From Candidatus Sulfomarinibacteraceae bacterium (GTDB lineage: Bacteria > Acidobacteriota > Thermoanaerobaculia > Thermoanaerobaculales > Sulfomarinibacteraceae), in the NCBI GenBank assembly GCA_963714895.1, contig CAVQQC010000016.1:106133-170132 (forward strand): DNA of 64,000 nt, given 5' to 3'. Shown piece by piece: positions 50,901 to 60,241 of this stretch. The translations under genes were made by a program, and so were the position numbers. The notes below the pieces were generated by a model that did not search any database, was not told where the DNA came from, and saw only the letters and a program-made list of their open reading frames with translations. How positions within the stretch are numbered: the first letter of the stretch is position 1; each line of letters begins with the position of its first letter.

Positions 50901-53122
50901 AGGGCGCCGCCGGCCACCGCCATCGACCGCCCCTGCCGCGCCGGTCCGCCGAGGTCGATCCGGAGCTCGGGACGGTCGCCGCCCCGTCCCCAGGCGAAAG
51001 CCTCCGCCCCGGCCGTCCTCACCACCACCCGGCCGTCGTCCGCCACCCGCAGGCTCTGGACCGGCGCCGCGTGGTTCATCACCCGATCGACACGGTGGCC
51101 CGGCAGGTGGGCCGCCACCGCATCGGCCAGATCTGCGGGGAGATCGCGATCGAGCGACCGCGCGGCCGCCAACGCCTCGTCGGCCTTCGCCCGGTCGCCC
51201 GCGAGCGCGCAGCACTCGGCAAAAGCGACCATCGCCGGAAGGTCGGACGGACTGTCCTCCACCACGCTGCGCAGGAGCTCGCCGGTGTGGCTTGTATCCA
51301 TCGCCGCACCGGAAGCGCGGGCGGCTGCAAGCATCGCGAAGGCGCGGGCGCGACGCACCGCCAGGCTCTCTCCCTCGCCTTCGGACAGGGCGTCGAGAAC
51401 CTCCAGAGCCCCCACCGGGTTGTCAAGCAATAGCCGGAGCCGCGCCCGCAGCAGACCGGCACGGGCCCTGTTGGCTCCCGAACTCTCAGCCTCGCTCAAC
51501 CGCCGCTCGAATTCGGCATCGGTGAGGCCCTCACGCCGCCACTCGAGCAGACCTGAGTTGAAGGTGGCCTCGAGGTGGGTCGGATCGACTTCGAGGGCGT
51601 CGCGAAAGCTCGCCGCCGCCCGGTCCGCGAGGCCCAGGGTCACGAACGAGGCGCCGCGGTTTGACAGCGAGTCGGCGAGCAGCTGCGTGCGTTTGGGCTC
51701 AGGCCGCGGGTACATCCTGCCGGCGACCTGCTGGTACGCCGTCACCAGTGTCGTTCGAATCTCGGCGAATGACTGCGGCCGGTCGTCGGCTTCCTTGGCG
51801 AGACACGACTGCATCAGCGCCGCCAGGTGGTCGTCGATGGCGGGGTCGAGCGTTCGCGGGTCGGGAGGGGTGTCTCGCAGGTGCATCCGCATCAGGCTGC
51901 CGAGGTGGGCCTCGCGGGTCTGCGACGCCGCGTCCGACTTCATGACGAACGGCCTCCGTCCGCAGAAGACCTCGTAGAGCAGGCAACCGTACGCGTAGAC
52001 ATCGGTGGCGACGGTGCCGCGCTGGGACTGCCGCCACAGCTCGGGCGCCATGTAGGGTGGTGTTCCCACCAACCCGCCGGCCGCGGTCACCGTCTGCCAC
52101 GACCCCGTGGCCACGCTGTCCTGCGGGCGGGCCGTGCTCGGCAGCGTCGGATCCAGCTGATCCCGAACATCCTCGCCAGTCTCGATTTCCACGACGTTGT
52201 GGGACCGCACCAGCCCGAAGTCGGTGACCCGCGCAATGCCGTCGGTCGTCAACAGGACGTTGGCCGGTTTGACGTCGCGGTGGACCAGACCGCGGTGTTC
52301 GACACCGTCGTCGTCGGTCCAGGGAAAGGTGTTGGTGTAGTCGAGCCCGCTCGCGATCTGGATCGCGATGTCGAGTCTCTCTTCGAGCCCCGGTTTGTCC
52401 TCGCGCTTCAACCACTCGGTGAGATCGCCGCCGTCCACGTACTCGATGAAGAGCCTCGGCATCCCGCCGATCTCCTGCAGGTAGTACGCGCAGCAGATGT
52501 TGGGGTGGACGCCGAGGGCGACCCACGACTCCGCCTCCCGTTGAAAACGCGCGCGGCCGTCGACCGTGGCGAGCATCGACGGCAGCGGCGTCTTGATCGC
52601 GACCATCCGCCACAGTTCGCGGTCGAAGGCGATCGCCACCACCGCCATCCCGCCGCGGGCCGTCGCGTGGACCTCGTAGCGGCCGTCGATCACCGATCCC
52701 GCCGTCCACCCGCGGCGGGTGTCGGGGATCGCCATGGTGGCAAAACTCTTCGGCGCCTGCGACTCCACCGTCGCCCGGCGGGTCACGTCGGCAAGCGCCG
52801 GTTGTGCCGCGGCCGTGACCGGCGAGTGCTCGATGAGTTCGTGAGTGACCGTGTGCGCGGCGTCGAGCCCGGTCAGGGCCTGCTGCCGCCAGCTTTTTGC
52901 CGAGTCGGACGCGGGGTCCAGCTCGAGACAGCGATCGAAGGCGGCGATCGCCTCGTCGAGCCGACCCAGCCGAAACAGACAGTAGCCGCGGTTCATCCAG
53001 TTCTTGGCGTGGTCGGGGAATTTCTCGCACCACGCTTCGAGCAACGGCAGCGCATCGCCCCACCGTTCCGCCTTGAGGGCAGCCACGATGTTGCGTTTGA
53101 GGTCTTCAATCTGCTGATTCAC
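47930..53122 (-). CDS. Large TPR - Ser/Thr kinase - TPR - WD40 x2 - TM - HEAT-like protein
   Basis: ARGGMAVV, IKT, HRDVKPAN, DFGL, GTPPYMAPE; many GH...WD repeats; TM VAVVSAAVILVLVGLW; HEAT-like C-terminus. Confidence 0.9.
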   Translation of the reverse strand: MNQQIEDLKRNIVAALKAERWGDALPLLEAWCEKFPDHAKNWMNRGYCLFRLGRLDEAIAAFDRCLELDPASDSAKSWRQQALTGLDAAHTVTHELIEHSPVTAAAQPALADVTRRATVESQAPKSFATMAIPDTRRGWTAGSVIDGRYEVHATARGGMAVVAIAFDRELWRMVAIKTPLPSMLATVDGRARFQREAESWVALGVHPNICCAYYLQEIGGMPRLFIEYVDGGDLTEWLKREDKPGLEERLDIAIQIASGLDYTNTFPWTDDDGVEHRGLVHRDVKPANVLLTTDGIARVTDFGLVRSHNVVEIETGEDVRDQLDPTLPSTARPQDSVATGSWQTVTAAGGLVGTPPYMAPELWRQSQRGTVATDVYAYGCLLYEVFCGRRPFVMKSDAASQTREAHLGSLMRMHLRDTPPDPRTLDPAIDDHLAALMQSCLAKEADDRPQSFAEIRTTLVTAYQQVAGRMYPRPEPKRTQLLADSLSNRGASFVTLGLADRAAASFRDALEVDPTHLEATFNSGLLEWRREGLTDAEFERRLSEAESSGANRARAGLLRARLRLLLDNPVGALEVLDALSEGEGESLAVRRARAFAMLAAARASGAAMDTSHTGELLRSVVEDSPSDLPAMVAFAECCALAGDRAKADEALAAARSLDRDLPADLADAVAAHLPGHRVDRVMNHAAPVQSLRVADDGRVVVRTAGAEAFAWGRGGDRPELRIDLGGPARQGRSMAVAGGALVVCLENGPLTIFSLDTARRLRSFRPHPGVATCVDFSADGGTIASGGSDRALRLWNVQSGECERTLQGHRAFLSALAWHPNEPVIVTGSADGTARLWNFVEGRSVHVLEGHRGPLRSVAFAAEGRVALTAGQDGLIGVWDTATGRNIRFLRGHKGAATGVLAVGESIAAGGEDGTIRLWSLDRGESQRVVRLANPIHDLAATADGSALIAAFGSHVNLVPLGEPAASPLPLVLAESAASGELAQRELQFQEHLGRARELLQSGAVAEAVGPLREARAVPGYELHQESLELWNRVLAHFPKSESRAVVELRRISGGRGPLTACGLAPDGSVILAGGGDGSLTCLDPRSGDEVFSVAVGEKGLTALVVSGDGELVATAARDGSIGVWRAADGERCFTFSSGGGAVRSVVFAPGDQSVIAAGDDKTVRIWRLDETARAETLGGCDDAVSSLAVSADGRYLVGGGWDNLVTVWSLRRRVELRRLAGHEGVVHAVAVSPDCRLAASAGDDGSVRLWDLESGRMWRTLTGHEDAVLAVAFTPDARYLLSAGKDATVRLWDARTGGAVRVVKGHSGAVADLVVDRDGGTAVSVGADGSARLWFLDWEPELVDSASWDDRVRPFLQVFLRLRESDSAEGGRPTWSDHQLANLLEDLGRRGFGWLAPERVEQELERLVRFRDESRTEEQEKTREQAKRRARQIKVAPVKEIAAGLSRNLGLKVAVVSAAVILVLVGLWSLTSPRGDVKFSRLYGELGVTVQGRAMRVNQGAVIAYQAGSSAGSGDCGEEVFSDLVEVALNAENLRNPPLDPGVGADVNFRNRYANAVNCVSRLGEARLIPQVLQRASKGLHPKRMEDLLGVLIGIGAAADPQIERALFDQSETVRHLAARTLIYGDKDRGAKVLLAALEGEEWRGVEAASSVLTELICLGKISEDDAFERVRRLCQNIDPLVRRNAVTTLILFEDEKPLREVLDGALDDSDADVVKAAREVRDTLERAG

Positions 53123-53153
53123 GACCTCTCCAGAATAACTCCATCACTGATGA

Positions 53154-53308
53154 GAGCCTCTTGCAATATTCACATTCAAAGGCGGGGCAGGCCCCGCCAC
53201 TCCAGGGGAATGTCCTTTGCGGGTAGGGGCGGCACCTGTGCCGCCCGACCTCGATCAGGCCCGATAAGTCCGAATTCGGCGGTATTTTTCGAATTTTGCA
53301 TGAGGCTC
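53154..53308 (+). mobile_element. MITE copy 4
   Basis: GAGCCTCTTGCAATATTCACATTCAAAGGCGGGG...TTTTGCATGAGGCTC; flanks ATGA/ATGG. Confidence 0.85.
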
Positions 53309-53376
53309 ATGGATAAGCTATGCGCATCGCCCCGTCGCGAGCGGGACGGCGCGAGCTTGCGTGGGGTGACGACCGT

Positions 53377-53949
53377 CTAACGCAGCCAGCGCCGCGGCAG
53401 CCACACATCCTGGTGTGCCGACGGCCCGTCGAGGATCCGCACCTTGGCCTCGCGGTCTTCGTTGGCGTAGGCGAGGACGCGGACCTTGGTTCCCGCCTCG
53501 AGCTCGAGGTATTTGTCCTGGTTGGTCATCAGCGACGAGACGCCGAGCTGGATCGCGCCGGTTCGCATGTCCACCAGCGCACCCACCGATTCGTGGTCGA
53601 GGGCCACCATCACCGGGCGCGTCGTACCGGTGTCAACCGAGGCCACCTCGCCGACCGCGTGCCCTTCGCGGAAGGCGGTGTCGGGCTTGTCGTCGTCGCC
53701 GCCCATCCAGACCAGAAAACCGGCCAGCGGGATCAGCAACAAGAGCAGCGGCAGAAAACGTTTTGCGCTCTTTTCCGGGGCGTGCCCGGAGCGCGCCGGC
53801 ACGTACGAATCGTCGCCAGCGCCGCCCCCGGAATCCCCCGCCACAAACTCGGTGCGGCAGGTCGTGCATTTGAGCGTCCGACCGGCGTAGCGGTCGTGGA
53901 TCTGCATCTGGGCTCCGCATTTCTCACAGGTGTGAATGTAGGCCGACAT
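53377..53949 (-). CDS. Zinc-ribbon plus TM hypothetical protein
   Basis: CEKC...CTTC at the N-terminus, one TM helix, SH3-like C-terminal region. Confidence 0.75.
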   Translation of the reverse strand: MSAYIHTCEKCGAQMQIHDRYAGRTLKCTTCRTEFVAGDSGGGAGDDSYVPARSGHAPEKSAKRFLPLLLLLIPLAGFLVWMGGDDDKPDTAFREGHAVGEVASVDTGTTRPVMVALDHESVGALVDMRTGAIQLGVSSLMTNQDKYLELEAGTKVRVLAYANEDREAKVRILDGPSAHQDVWLPRRWLR

Positions 53950-54009
53950 CGTGCCCCCTGACTCCGCCCACTCGAGTTTACCAAAGGGTCAAATGTGTCG
54001 AACCACGGA

Positions 54010-54260
54010 GGTTCAGCTTGGTGGCGAACCACACGTCGGTTCGCCTGAACCCGGCCGCCATCATCACCTCGCGCAGCCGCGAATTGCCCATAAAGGCCTT
54101 GGCGCATCCATGGAATCGAAATGGTGGTAGATATCACGTTGTTGGGGTTGTCTTCGACCTGATACACGCCGTGTCCGGTGACGCCATCTATGCCCGCTCG
54201 TCGTGAAATCATCATCAACGGCAAAGTGTGTCGGACGACACCGATCGGTCTGGCTACACT
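54010..54260 (-). pseudogene. Degraded small ABM/cyclase-like (dimeric alpha-beta barrel) gene
   Basis: Stitching frames gives GVTGHGVYQVEDNPNNV/YHHFDSMDA/AKAFMGNSRLREVMMAAG/EP/VWFATKL; at least three frameshifts. Confidence 0.5.
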
Positions 54261-54327
54261 CTGGTGGCAAACCACGCGATCGGCGGCTGTACAATCAACC
54301 CACCGAACTCGAACTGGAGCACACGTC

Positions 54328-54998
54328 ATGAGTCAGCGCATCAAGAACGCACCCAACCCGGCCTTGCTTGCCGTCACCCTCGTCACGGCCGCGATCCTGG
54401 CCGGCTGTTCATCCGCCTACTACTCCGCGCTGGGAAATGCTCGGCCAGGAGAAACGCGACCTCCTGCGCTCCAACGTCGAGTCGGTCAAACAGGAGCAGC
54501 AGGCCGCGGCCGACGACTTCGAAGACGCCCTCGAGCGCCTCCGCAGCCTCTACGATATCGACGGCGGCAAGCTCGAGAAGACCTACGACAAGCTCAAGGA
54601 CGATGCCGAGGACGCCGAGAACCGGGCCCAGGACATCCGCGACCGGATCGACAAGATCGACTCGATCGCCGACGATCTCTTCAAGGAGTGGGACCAGGAG
54701 ATCGGCGAGATCTCCAACGCCGGCTATCGCCAGAAAAGCCGTGCCAAGCTCAACGAAACCAAAACCAAGTACAACGCCCTCGCCGCCTCACTTCGAAAAA
54801 TCAGAGGCCAGCATGGACCCCGTCCTCACCCACCTCAACGACAACGTCCTCTTCCTCAAACACAACCTCAATGCCGCCGCCATCGGCGGTCTCGCCGCCG
54901 ACATGGAGGGCATCGAGACCGACATCGAACAACTCATCGCCGACATGCGGGCCTCGATCAACGAGGCCGACAGTTTCTTGAAGACGTTGCCGGAGTGA
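54328..54998 (+). CDS. DUF2959-like helical lipoprotein; two frameshifts
   Basis: LAGC lipobox, SSAYY, EKRDLL, LFKEW..EI, DNVLFLKHNLNAAAI. Confidence 0.75.
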
Positions 54999-55210
54999 GG
55001 CAGGCCACCAGTTCGGACACCTTTCAGCTCATCCCCTGATTCCACCACCGGTTGCCGCTGTCTTTTTTATCCAGGGATTTCTTCGCCCAAGCCGGACGCA
55101 TCCATGCCGCATCGTCCCTTTTCCTCGGATCTGCCGGTTGATAACGTCACAAAGCAGAGGATGAGGGCCGCGGGCCAATATCCGCTGCCGACAACCAGGA
55201 GGAAGACATC

Positions 55211-56227
55211 GTGAGGTATTCCGCCGTGCAGATGCGTGGCATCGCCCACATCGACGCCCCCGACCGCGTCTCGTCCGAGGACATCGAGAGCCGCCTCGCG
55301 CCGGCCCTCATCCGAATGGGAATTCCTCGAGGGATCCTCAAGAAACTCACCGGGATCGAGTCCCGCCAGATGTTCGACCCCTCCCTGCTGCCGAGCGAGG
55401 GTGCCCGACAGGCCGCCGAAAAGGCGATCGAGGCGACCGGTATCGACCGTTCGGACGTGGGGGTGATCGTCAACACCTCGGTGTGTCGGGATCCCGGCGA
55501 GGCGACGACCGCCGGCCTGGTCCACCAGAAACTCGGTCTGGCCGAGAATTGCATGAGCTTCGACGTCGGCAACGCCTGTCTCGGTTTCATGAACGGCATG
55601 GATCTCGTGGCCACCATGATCGAGCAACGGCAGACCGACCACGGCATCATCGTCGCCTGTGAAAACACCCACTTCGCCATGCTCGAGACCATCAAGCGGC
55701 TGCTGGAACCGCGCACCACCTGGACAGCGTTTCGCGACAACTTCGCGACCCTGACCCTCGGCTGCGGCGCGGTCGCGATGATCCTGTCCCGGGCCACCGG
55801 GGCCGCCAGAGAACACCGCTACCTGGGTGGGGTGACCATGGCGGCGACCGAACACTGCAAGCTCTGCACGGCACAGGTCGACCAGATGATCACCAACACC
55901 AAGAAGCTCTTCCACCACGGCCTCGAACTCGGTCTGAAGACCTGGGAGCGCGCCCGCGACGTCCTCAACTGGAGGATCGAAGACCTCGACCAGTTCATCA
56001 TCCACCAGGTCGGCAAGGCCCACACCGAGAAGTTCGCCCGCACCCTGGGGGTGCCGCTGGCCAAGATCTTCAAGCTCTACCCCAACCACGGCAACATCGG
56101 CCCCGCAGGGGTCCCCATCGCCTTCTCCAAACTCGTTGCCTCAGGCACCCTGAAGGATGGCGACCGGATCGCCCTCATGGGTATCGGCAGCGGGATCAAC
56201 TGCTCGATGGCCGAGTTGAGGTGGTAG
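55211..56227 (+). CDS. oleA: OleA-like thiolase/FabH-fold condensing enzyme
   Basis: NTSVCRDPGEATTAGLVH, FDVGNACLGFMNG, FATLTLGCGA, IIHQV, GNIGPAG, MGIGSGINC. Confidence 0.75.
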   Translation: MRYSAVQMRGIAHIDAPDRVSSEDIESRLAPALIRMGIPRGILKKLTGIESRQMFDPSLLPSEGARQAAEKAIEATGIDRSDVGVIVNTSVCRDPGEATTAGLVHQKLGLAENCMSFDVGNACLGFMNGMDLVATMIEQRQTDHGIIVACENTHFAMLETIKRLLEPRTTWTAFRDNFATLTLGCGAVAMILSRATGAAREHRYLGGVTMAATEHCKLCTAQVDQMITNTKKLFHHGLELGLKTWERARDVLNWRIEDLDQFIIHQVGKAHTEKFARTLGVPLAKIFKLYPNHGNIGPAGVPIAFSKLVASGTLKDGDRIALMGIGSGINCSMAELRW

Positions 56228-56581
56228 CGGGGCCGGGATCCAAGTCAATCGCCGTCTCCGGATCGGAGAAGATCTCCTCTCCGCTCGCAGCCCGTTTGCA
56301 GACGTGATAGATCTCACCCTCAATCAAACGCACGGGCCGACGCGGCATCCGGCAGCCCCACCCAATCGTCCCATCTCAAGACCGTAGGATCTTGGCACCG
56401 ATCGCGATGAGATGGGCTGAGGCGAGGAATCATGGATGACGGGTGAACCCATACAAATTGAAGCGATCGTCGTGTTGATATCATAAAGAGCGGAGTATTG
56501 ATGGGGTGAGTCGATACTCTCGCTCGGAGCGGCGATCTCCTCGCTTCCAGCATATCTCAGTGAAAATGGATTGGGAATGAA

Positions 56582-58912
56582 ATGAATAGAGTTCCGCTCG
56601 ACAGGATCGCGAAACCCGAAATTCTGTTCAAGGTCCTCATCGCGGCGGCTGCCGGCGCGGTTGCGGTGGGGGCGTTACTCGAGCCCACCCTCACGGCGGC
56701 AGTCAAGGCTGCTGTGAGCATTATTCTGTTTCCGTTGGTAGCGGCCGCTCTCTATGCGACCTCTGGGCCGCAGTGGCTACTCAATCTGGTTGATCGATCG
56801 ACCGATCCTCTGCAGCGCCTTATCGAGACGCTTGAAGGACACAGATTGACGATTGCGATCGTCCTTGCGTCCGCATTGGGTTTGTATTTCGAGCTCTTTC
56901 TGATCCGCTGGCACGCAAGTAGCTTTCAACTCTTCGCCTACTACAAGAACGTCACGCTGATCGCGTGCTTTCTGGGACTCGGCATCGGTTTTGCCCTGGG
57001 TTCCCGTGGTCGCATCTGGCTCGCGCTGGCCTTCCCAGGCATCGCTTTGCAGATTGTCCTGTTGAGGCTCCTGCGAGATACGCCGATTGCAGAGCTGCTG
57101 AACAACCCGGTGCCGGGAAACGTCGCCCTGGGTCTCACCAAAAACACCCTTGTCGGAGGGGTGCCGGAGGCATTGCCCGGCATTCTCATCAGCTATGGAT
57201 TCCTGGCATTGATCTTCGTTGCCTCGGCCCTGAGCCTTATTCCCATGGGTCAGATCACTGCTCGGCTCATGAAGCGGATGCCCGAGTTGCGTTCCTACGG
57301 CTTGAACCTCGTTGGCAGCATTCTCGGCGTCCTCGTCTTCACGTTGCTGGCCCATTTCTGGACGCCTCCTACCGTGTGGTTGGTTTTGGGCGTCACAGCT
57401 GCGCTTCCGTTTCTGAGGGTCGAGAGGCGGATGGTCATTGCCGCCGCGACCGCGACCACAACTGCGGCCGCCCTTCTTGGGCTCCTGAGTTTGTCCTCTG
57501 AGGTCCGTGAGATCTACTCCCCCTATCAGATCTTGCTTGTCAACGAGCGGCCCGGAGAACCTCCGGTCATAATGGTGAATCACACCTATTTCCAGCGAGC
57601 CCTCGATCTGAGTTTGAAATCGGTGATGATGGATCCCCAACTGGAGCGGCGAGCCCGTTACTACGAGCTCGCCTACCTCATCAGGCCAAACCCAGAGTCG
57701 GTGCTGGTCCTCGGCAGCGGTCTCGGGAACGACGTTGCCGCGGCATTGAGGCGTGGGAGCACTCGGGTTGATGCTGTGGAGATCGATCCGGCGATCTACC
57801 GATTGGGCCGTGAAATTCATCCGGAAAACCCCTATCTGGACAAACGAGTAACGACGACCGTAACCGACGCCCGGCGGTTTATTCGGCGGAGCGATGAGCG
57901 ATTCGACGTCATCGTATATGGACTCCTCGATTCTCACAGCCTCCTCTCGGCCAACACCAGCGTCCGGCTTGACTCCTATGTCTACACGGTAGAGGCGTTC
58001 AGGGAGGCGCGCTCTCTCCTGACCGACGATGGGATTTTGATCCTCTCATTCTCGCTGATGTCTCAGGAACAGGGAGAAAAGCTCTACCGCATGATGAGCA
58101 TGGCCTTCGACGGGGCGTCTCCGCGAATTCTCCTGTCGGGGTACGACCGGGGTTTTGCCTTCCTGGTGGGTCAGGGTGTGGAGGAAATGAACCTCTCGGC
58201 TATCAGCGGCTTTCTCGACGTCACCGAGAACTTCGCCAACCCCGAATCGACGGTAGATCCTGCGACCGACGACTGGCCCTTCTTCTATATGCCCCGCAGG
58301 ACGGTGCCGCTCGGCTACGGCGCCCTGATCGCGGTCTTGCTGGCGGTGTCGTTCACTGTCTCGGCACGCGTGCTGCAGTCCCCCGGCCGCCTCGTGCCTT
58401 CGTTGCCGTGCTTCTTTCTCGGCGCCGGGTTCATGCTCGTCGAGACTCGGACCATCACCGAGCTCGGACTGCTATTCGGCAGCACCTGGCAGGTCGTTAG
58501 CGTGACAATCGTCGCCGTGCTGGTCATGGCCTTCTCCGCCAACTTCATCATCCTGAAAATGGGGAGTCCACCAGTCGGGATAACTTACGGGCTCCTCATT
58601 CTCTCGCTGGTTGTAGGATTCGCGGCGGGCGCAGGGGTCTTTCGTCTGTCCGGCAATGTGGAACTCCTCGTACGTACGGCGATCATCACACTGCCACTCT
58701 TCTTTTCCGGATTCGCCTTCTCGAGCGAGCTTCGGCGAAGCGGAGATGTGGCGGGAGCGATGTCGTCGAATCTTCTAGGCGCTGTCTTGGGGGGGTTCCT
58801 GGAGTACTCCTCGATGCGGTTCGGTTTTCAGGCCTTGTATCTGATCGGCGGCATCATCTATGTGCTGGCGTTTTGGACATCTGTTCGCCTGACCCGATCC
58901 GCAAAGGCCTAA
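56582..58912 (+). CDS. Polytopic membrane protein with spermidine-synthase-like SAM-binding domain
   Basis: Many TM helices around VLVLGSGLGNDVAAAL..VDAVEIDP..DARRFI..FDVIVYGLLDSH. Confidence 0.85.
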   Translation: MNRVPLDRIAKPEILFKVLIAAAAGAVAVGALLEPTLTAAVKAAVSIILFPLVAAALYATSGPQWLLNLVDRSTDPLQRLIETLEGHRLTIAIVLASALGLYFELFLIRWHASSFQLFAYYKNVTLIACFLGLGIGFALGSRGRIWLALAFPGIALQIVLLRLLRDTPIAELLNNPVPGNVALGLTKNTLVGGVPEALPGILISYGFLALIFVASALSLIPMGQITARLMKRMPELRSYGLNLVGSILGVLVFTLLAHFWTPPTVWLVLGVTAALPFLRVERRMVIAAATATTTAAALLGLLSLSSEVREIYSPYQILLVNERPGEPPVIMVNHTYFQRALDLSLKSVMMDPQLERRARYYELAYLIRPNPESVLVLGSGLGNDVAAALRRGSTRVDAVEIDPAIYRLGREIHPENPYLDKRVTTTVTDARRFIRRSDERFDVIVYGLLDSHSLLSANTSVRLDSYVYTVEAFREARSLLTDDGILILSFSLMSQEQGEKLYRMMSMAFDGASPRILLSGYDRGFAFLVGQGVEEMNLSAISGFLDVTENFANPESTVDPATDDWPFFYMPRRTVPLGYGALIAVLLAVSFTVSARVLQSPGRLVPSLPCFFLGAGFMLVETRTITELGLLFGSTWQVVSVTIVAVLVMAFSANFIILKMGSPPVGITYGLLILSLVVGFAAGAGVFRLSGNVELLVRTAIITLPLFFSGFAFSSELRRSGDVAGAMSSNLLGAVLGGFLEYSSMRFGFQALYLIGGIIYVLAFWTSVRLTRSAKA

Positions 58913-59778
58913 TAGGTGCCGGGTCCGCAGTTCCGTAGTTGTTACGAATCAACGATCGTCACCAATCAACAGCCTATCCAACTTCTCATACCGTTGCTGA
59001 AGATGTTCGTCGTCGAGCCTTTGTTTGACTCCTTCACGCTGAATGTAGGTTACCGTGTCCGCGCTTTTGTGGAGTGCCGACGCTAAGTTCTTGGTGCTCT
59101 GTGCCCACCGTTCCCGTCCCAAGGTAACGATTAACCTTCGGGCCTCGACCAGTGGTTGCAGGCGGGAACGACTCGCGAGGTCTTCGACCTTGAGCTGAAG
59201 GATATCGGCGCAATGTCGGATGAATTGATCCGCTGAGAGTTCATCTCGCTCCGGCCCGGTGCTCCTTCCGAGGACGTCGATATAGGGCCCCTCGTCATCC
59301 GGAGCCAAGTCTCGATCCGGCCGAAACCAGATTTCAGGCAGGCCTGTTTCTCGACCCGCTTCCGCCCCGAGATCCCGGCACCCCTGCCGGATCGCCGACA
59401 GGTAGGCCTTCCGCGCATCACGCTGCTTCTGCCCAAAGCTCAGCAGGCAGTCGTCAACGTCGATGATGGGGTTCGAGATCCCCTTGACGATTTCTCGGTG
59501 GCCGCTGAAGACATGGTCGACCGGGCGAGCGACCAATCCGCCTGCTACCGGGTTGAGATGAATGTAGAGAATGACCCGATCGAGGTATCCCTGCTCATTG
59601 ATCGGTTTCGCGTGGTAACGACTCTGCCAAAGCGCCCCGGTGCGTCTTCGCCCTCGGTTGAATCGCTGGCTGAATCTACCTTGAAGATACTGGAATCCCC
59701 GCGAGATCGGGATCGCTCTGCTCCGTATGGCGAGGTGGTAGTGGTTCGACATGTAAACCCAAACAGAACACCCCACTC

Positions 59779-60237
59779 GTGGGTGATGGCGGACGAGTCC
59801 ACATCTACTACCGATACCACGGCCATGCGGGCGGCGAGTTCGAAGTTGCCAAGGCCTGGAAGGCGCGGGGACAACAGGTCAACGTCGTCCTTCCGAACGG
59901 CTCCCGCCTCTTGGTCCCGGAGTGGGTGACGCAGCCCAGCGCCGCCGCCTTTGAGGTGACAGAGCAGGCTGCAATCAGCGTCGGAGCCTTGCTGGCGATT
60001 TGTCAACTCATCGAAAGCCGCGGGTGCCGGTCGGCGGCGCGTCACGGGTCTACTCTTTCGGCGAATGAAACCAACGCCGGAAAGGGGGACGCGGATGGAG
60101 CAGCTTCGACTCCTCGTGATCGAGGACGAGGTGACCGTTCGAGTCGAGCTCGACGAGAGCCTACGCGACGAGCTGGTCACCCTGATGGTCGCGGCCATCG
60201 TGGCCGTCCATCAAGCAGAAACGGAGGCCGACAATGA
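59779..60237 (+). CDS. Accessory ORF1 of the recombinase element; lacks a strong start in the integrated state
   Basis: IYYRYHGHAGGEFEV..LPNGSRLLVPEWVT. The frame is open back to the left junction, and its stop overlaps the recombinase ATG. Confidence 0.55.
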   Translation: MGDGGRVHIYYRYHGHAGGEFEVAKAWKARGQQVNVVLPNGSRLLVPEWVTQPSAAAFEVTEQAAISVGALLAICQLIESRGCRSAARHGSTLSANETNAGKGDADGAASTPRDRGRGDRSSRARREPTRRAGHPDGRGHRGRPSSRNGGRQ

Positions 60238-60241
60238 GTGA
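60095..60241 (+). CDS. 48-aa accessory ORF2 (MEQLRLLV...ETEADNE)
   Basis: Own translation; purine-rich RBS AAAGGGGG; overlaps the recombinase start by 8 nt. Confidence 0.55.
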   Translation: MEQLRLLVIEDEVTVRVELDESLRDELVTLMVAAIVAVHQAETEADNE

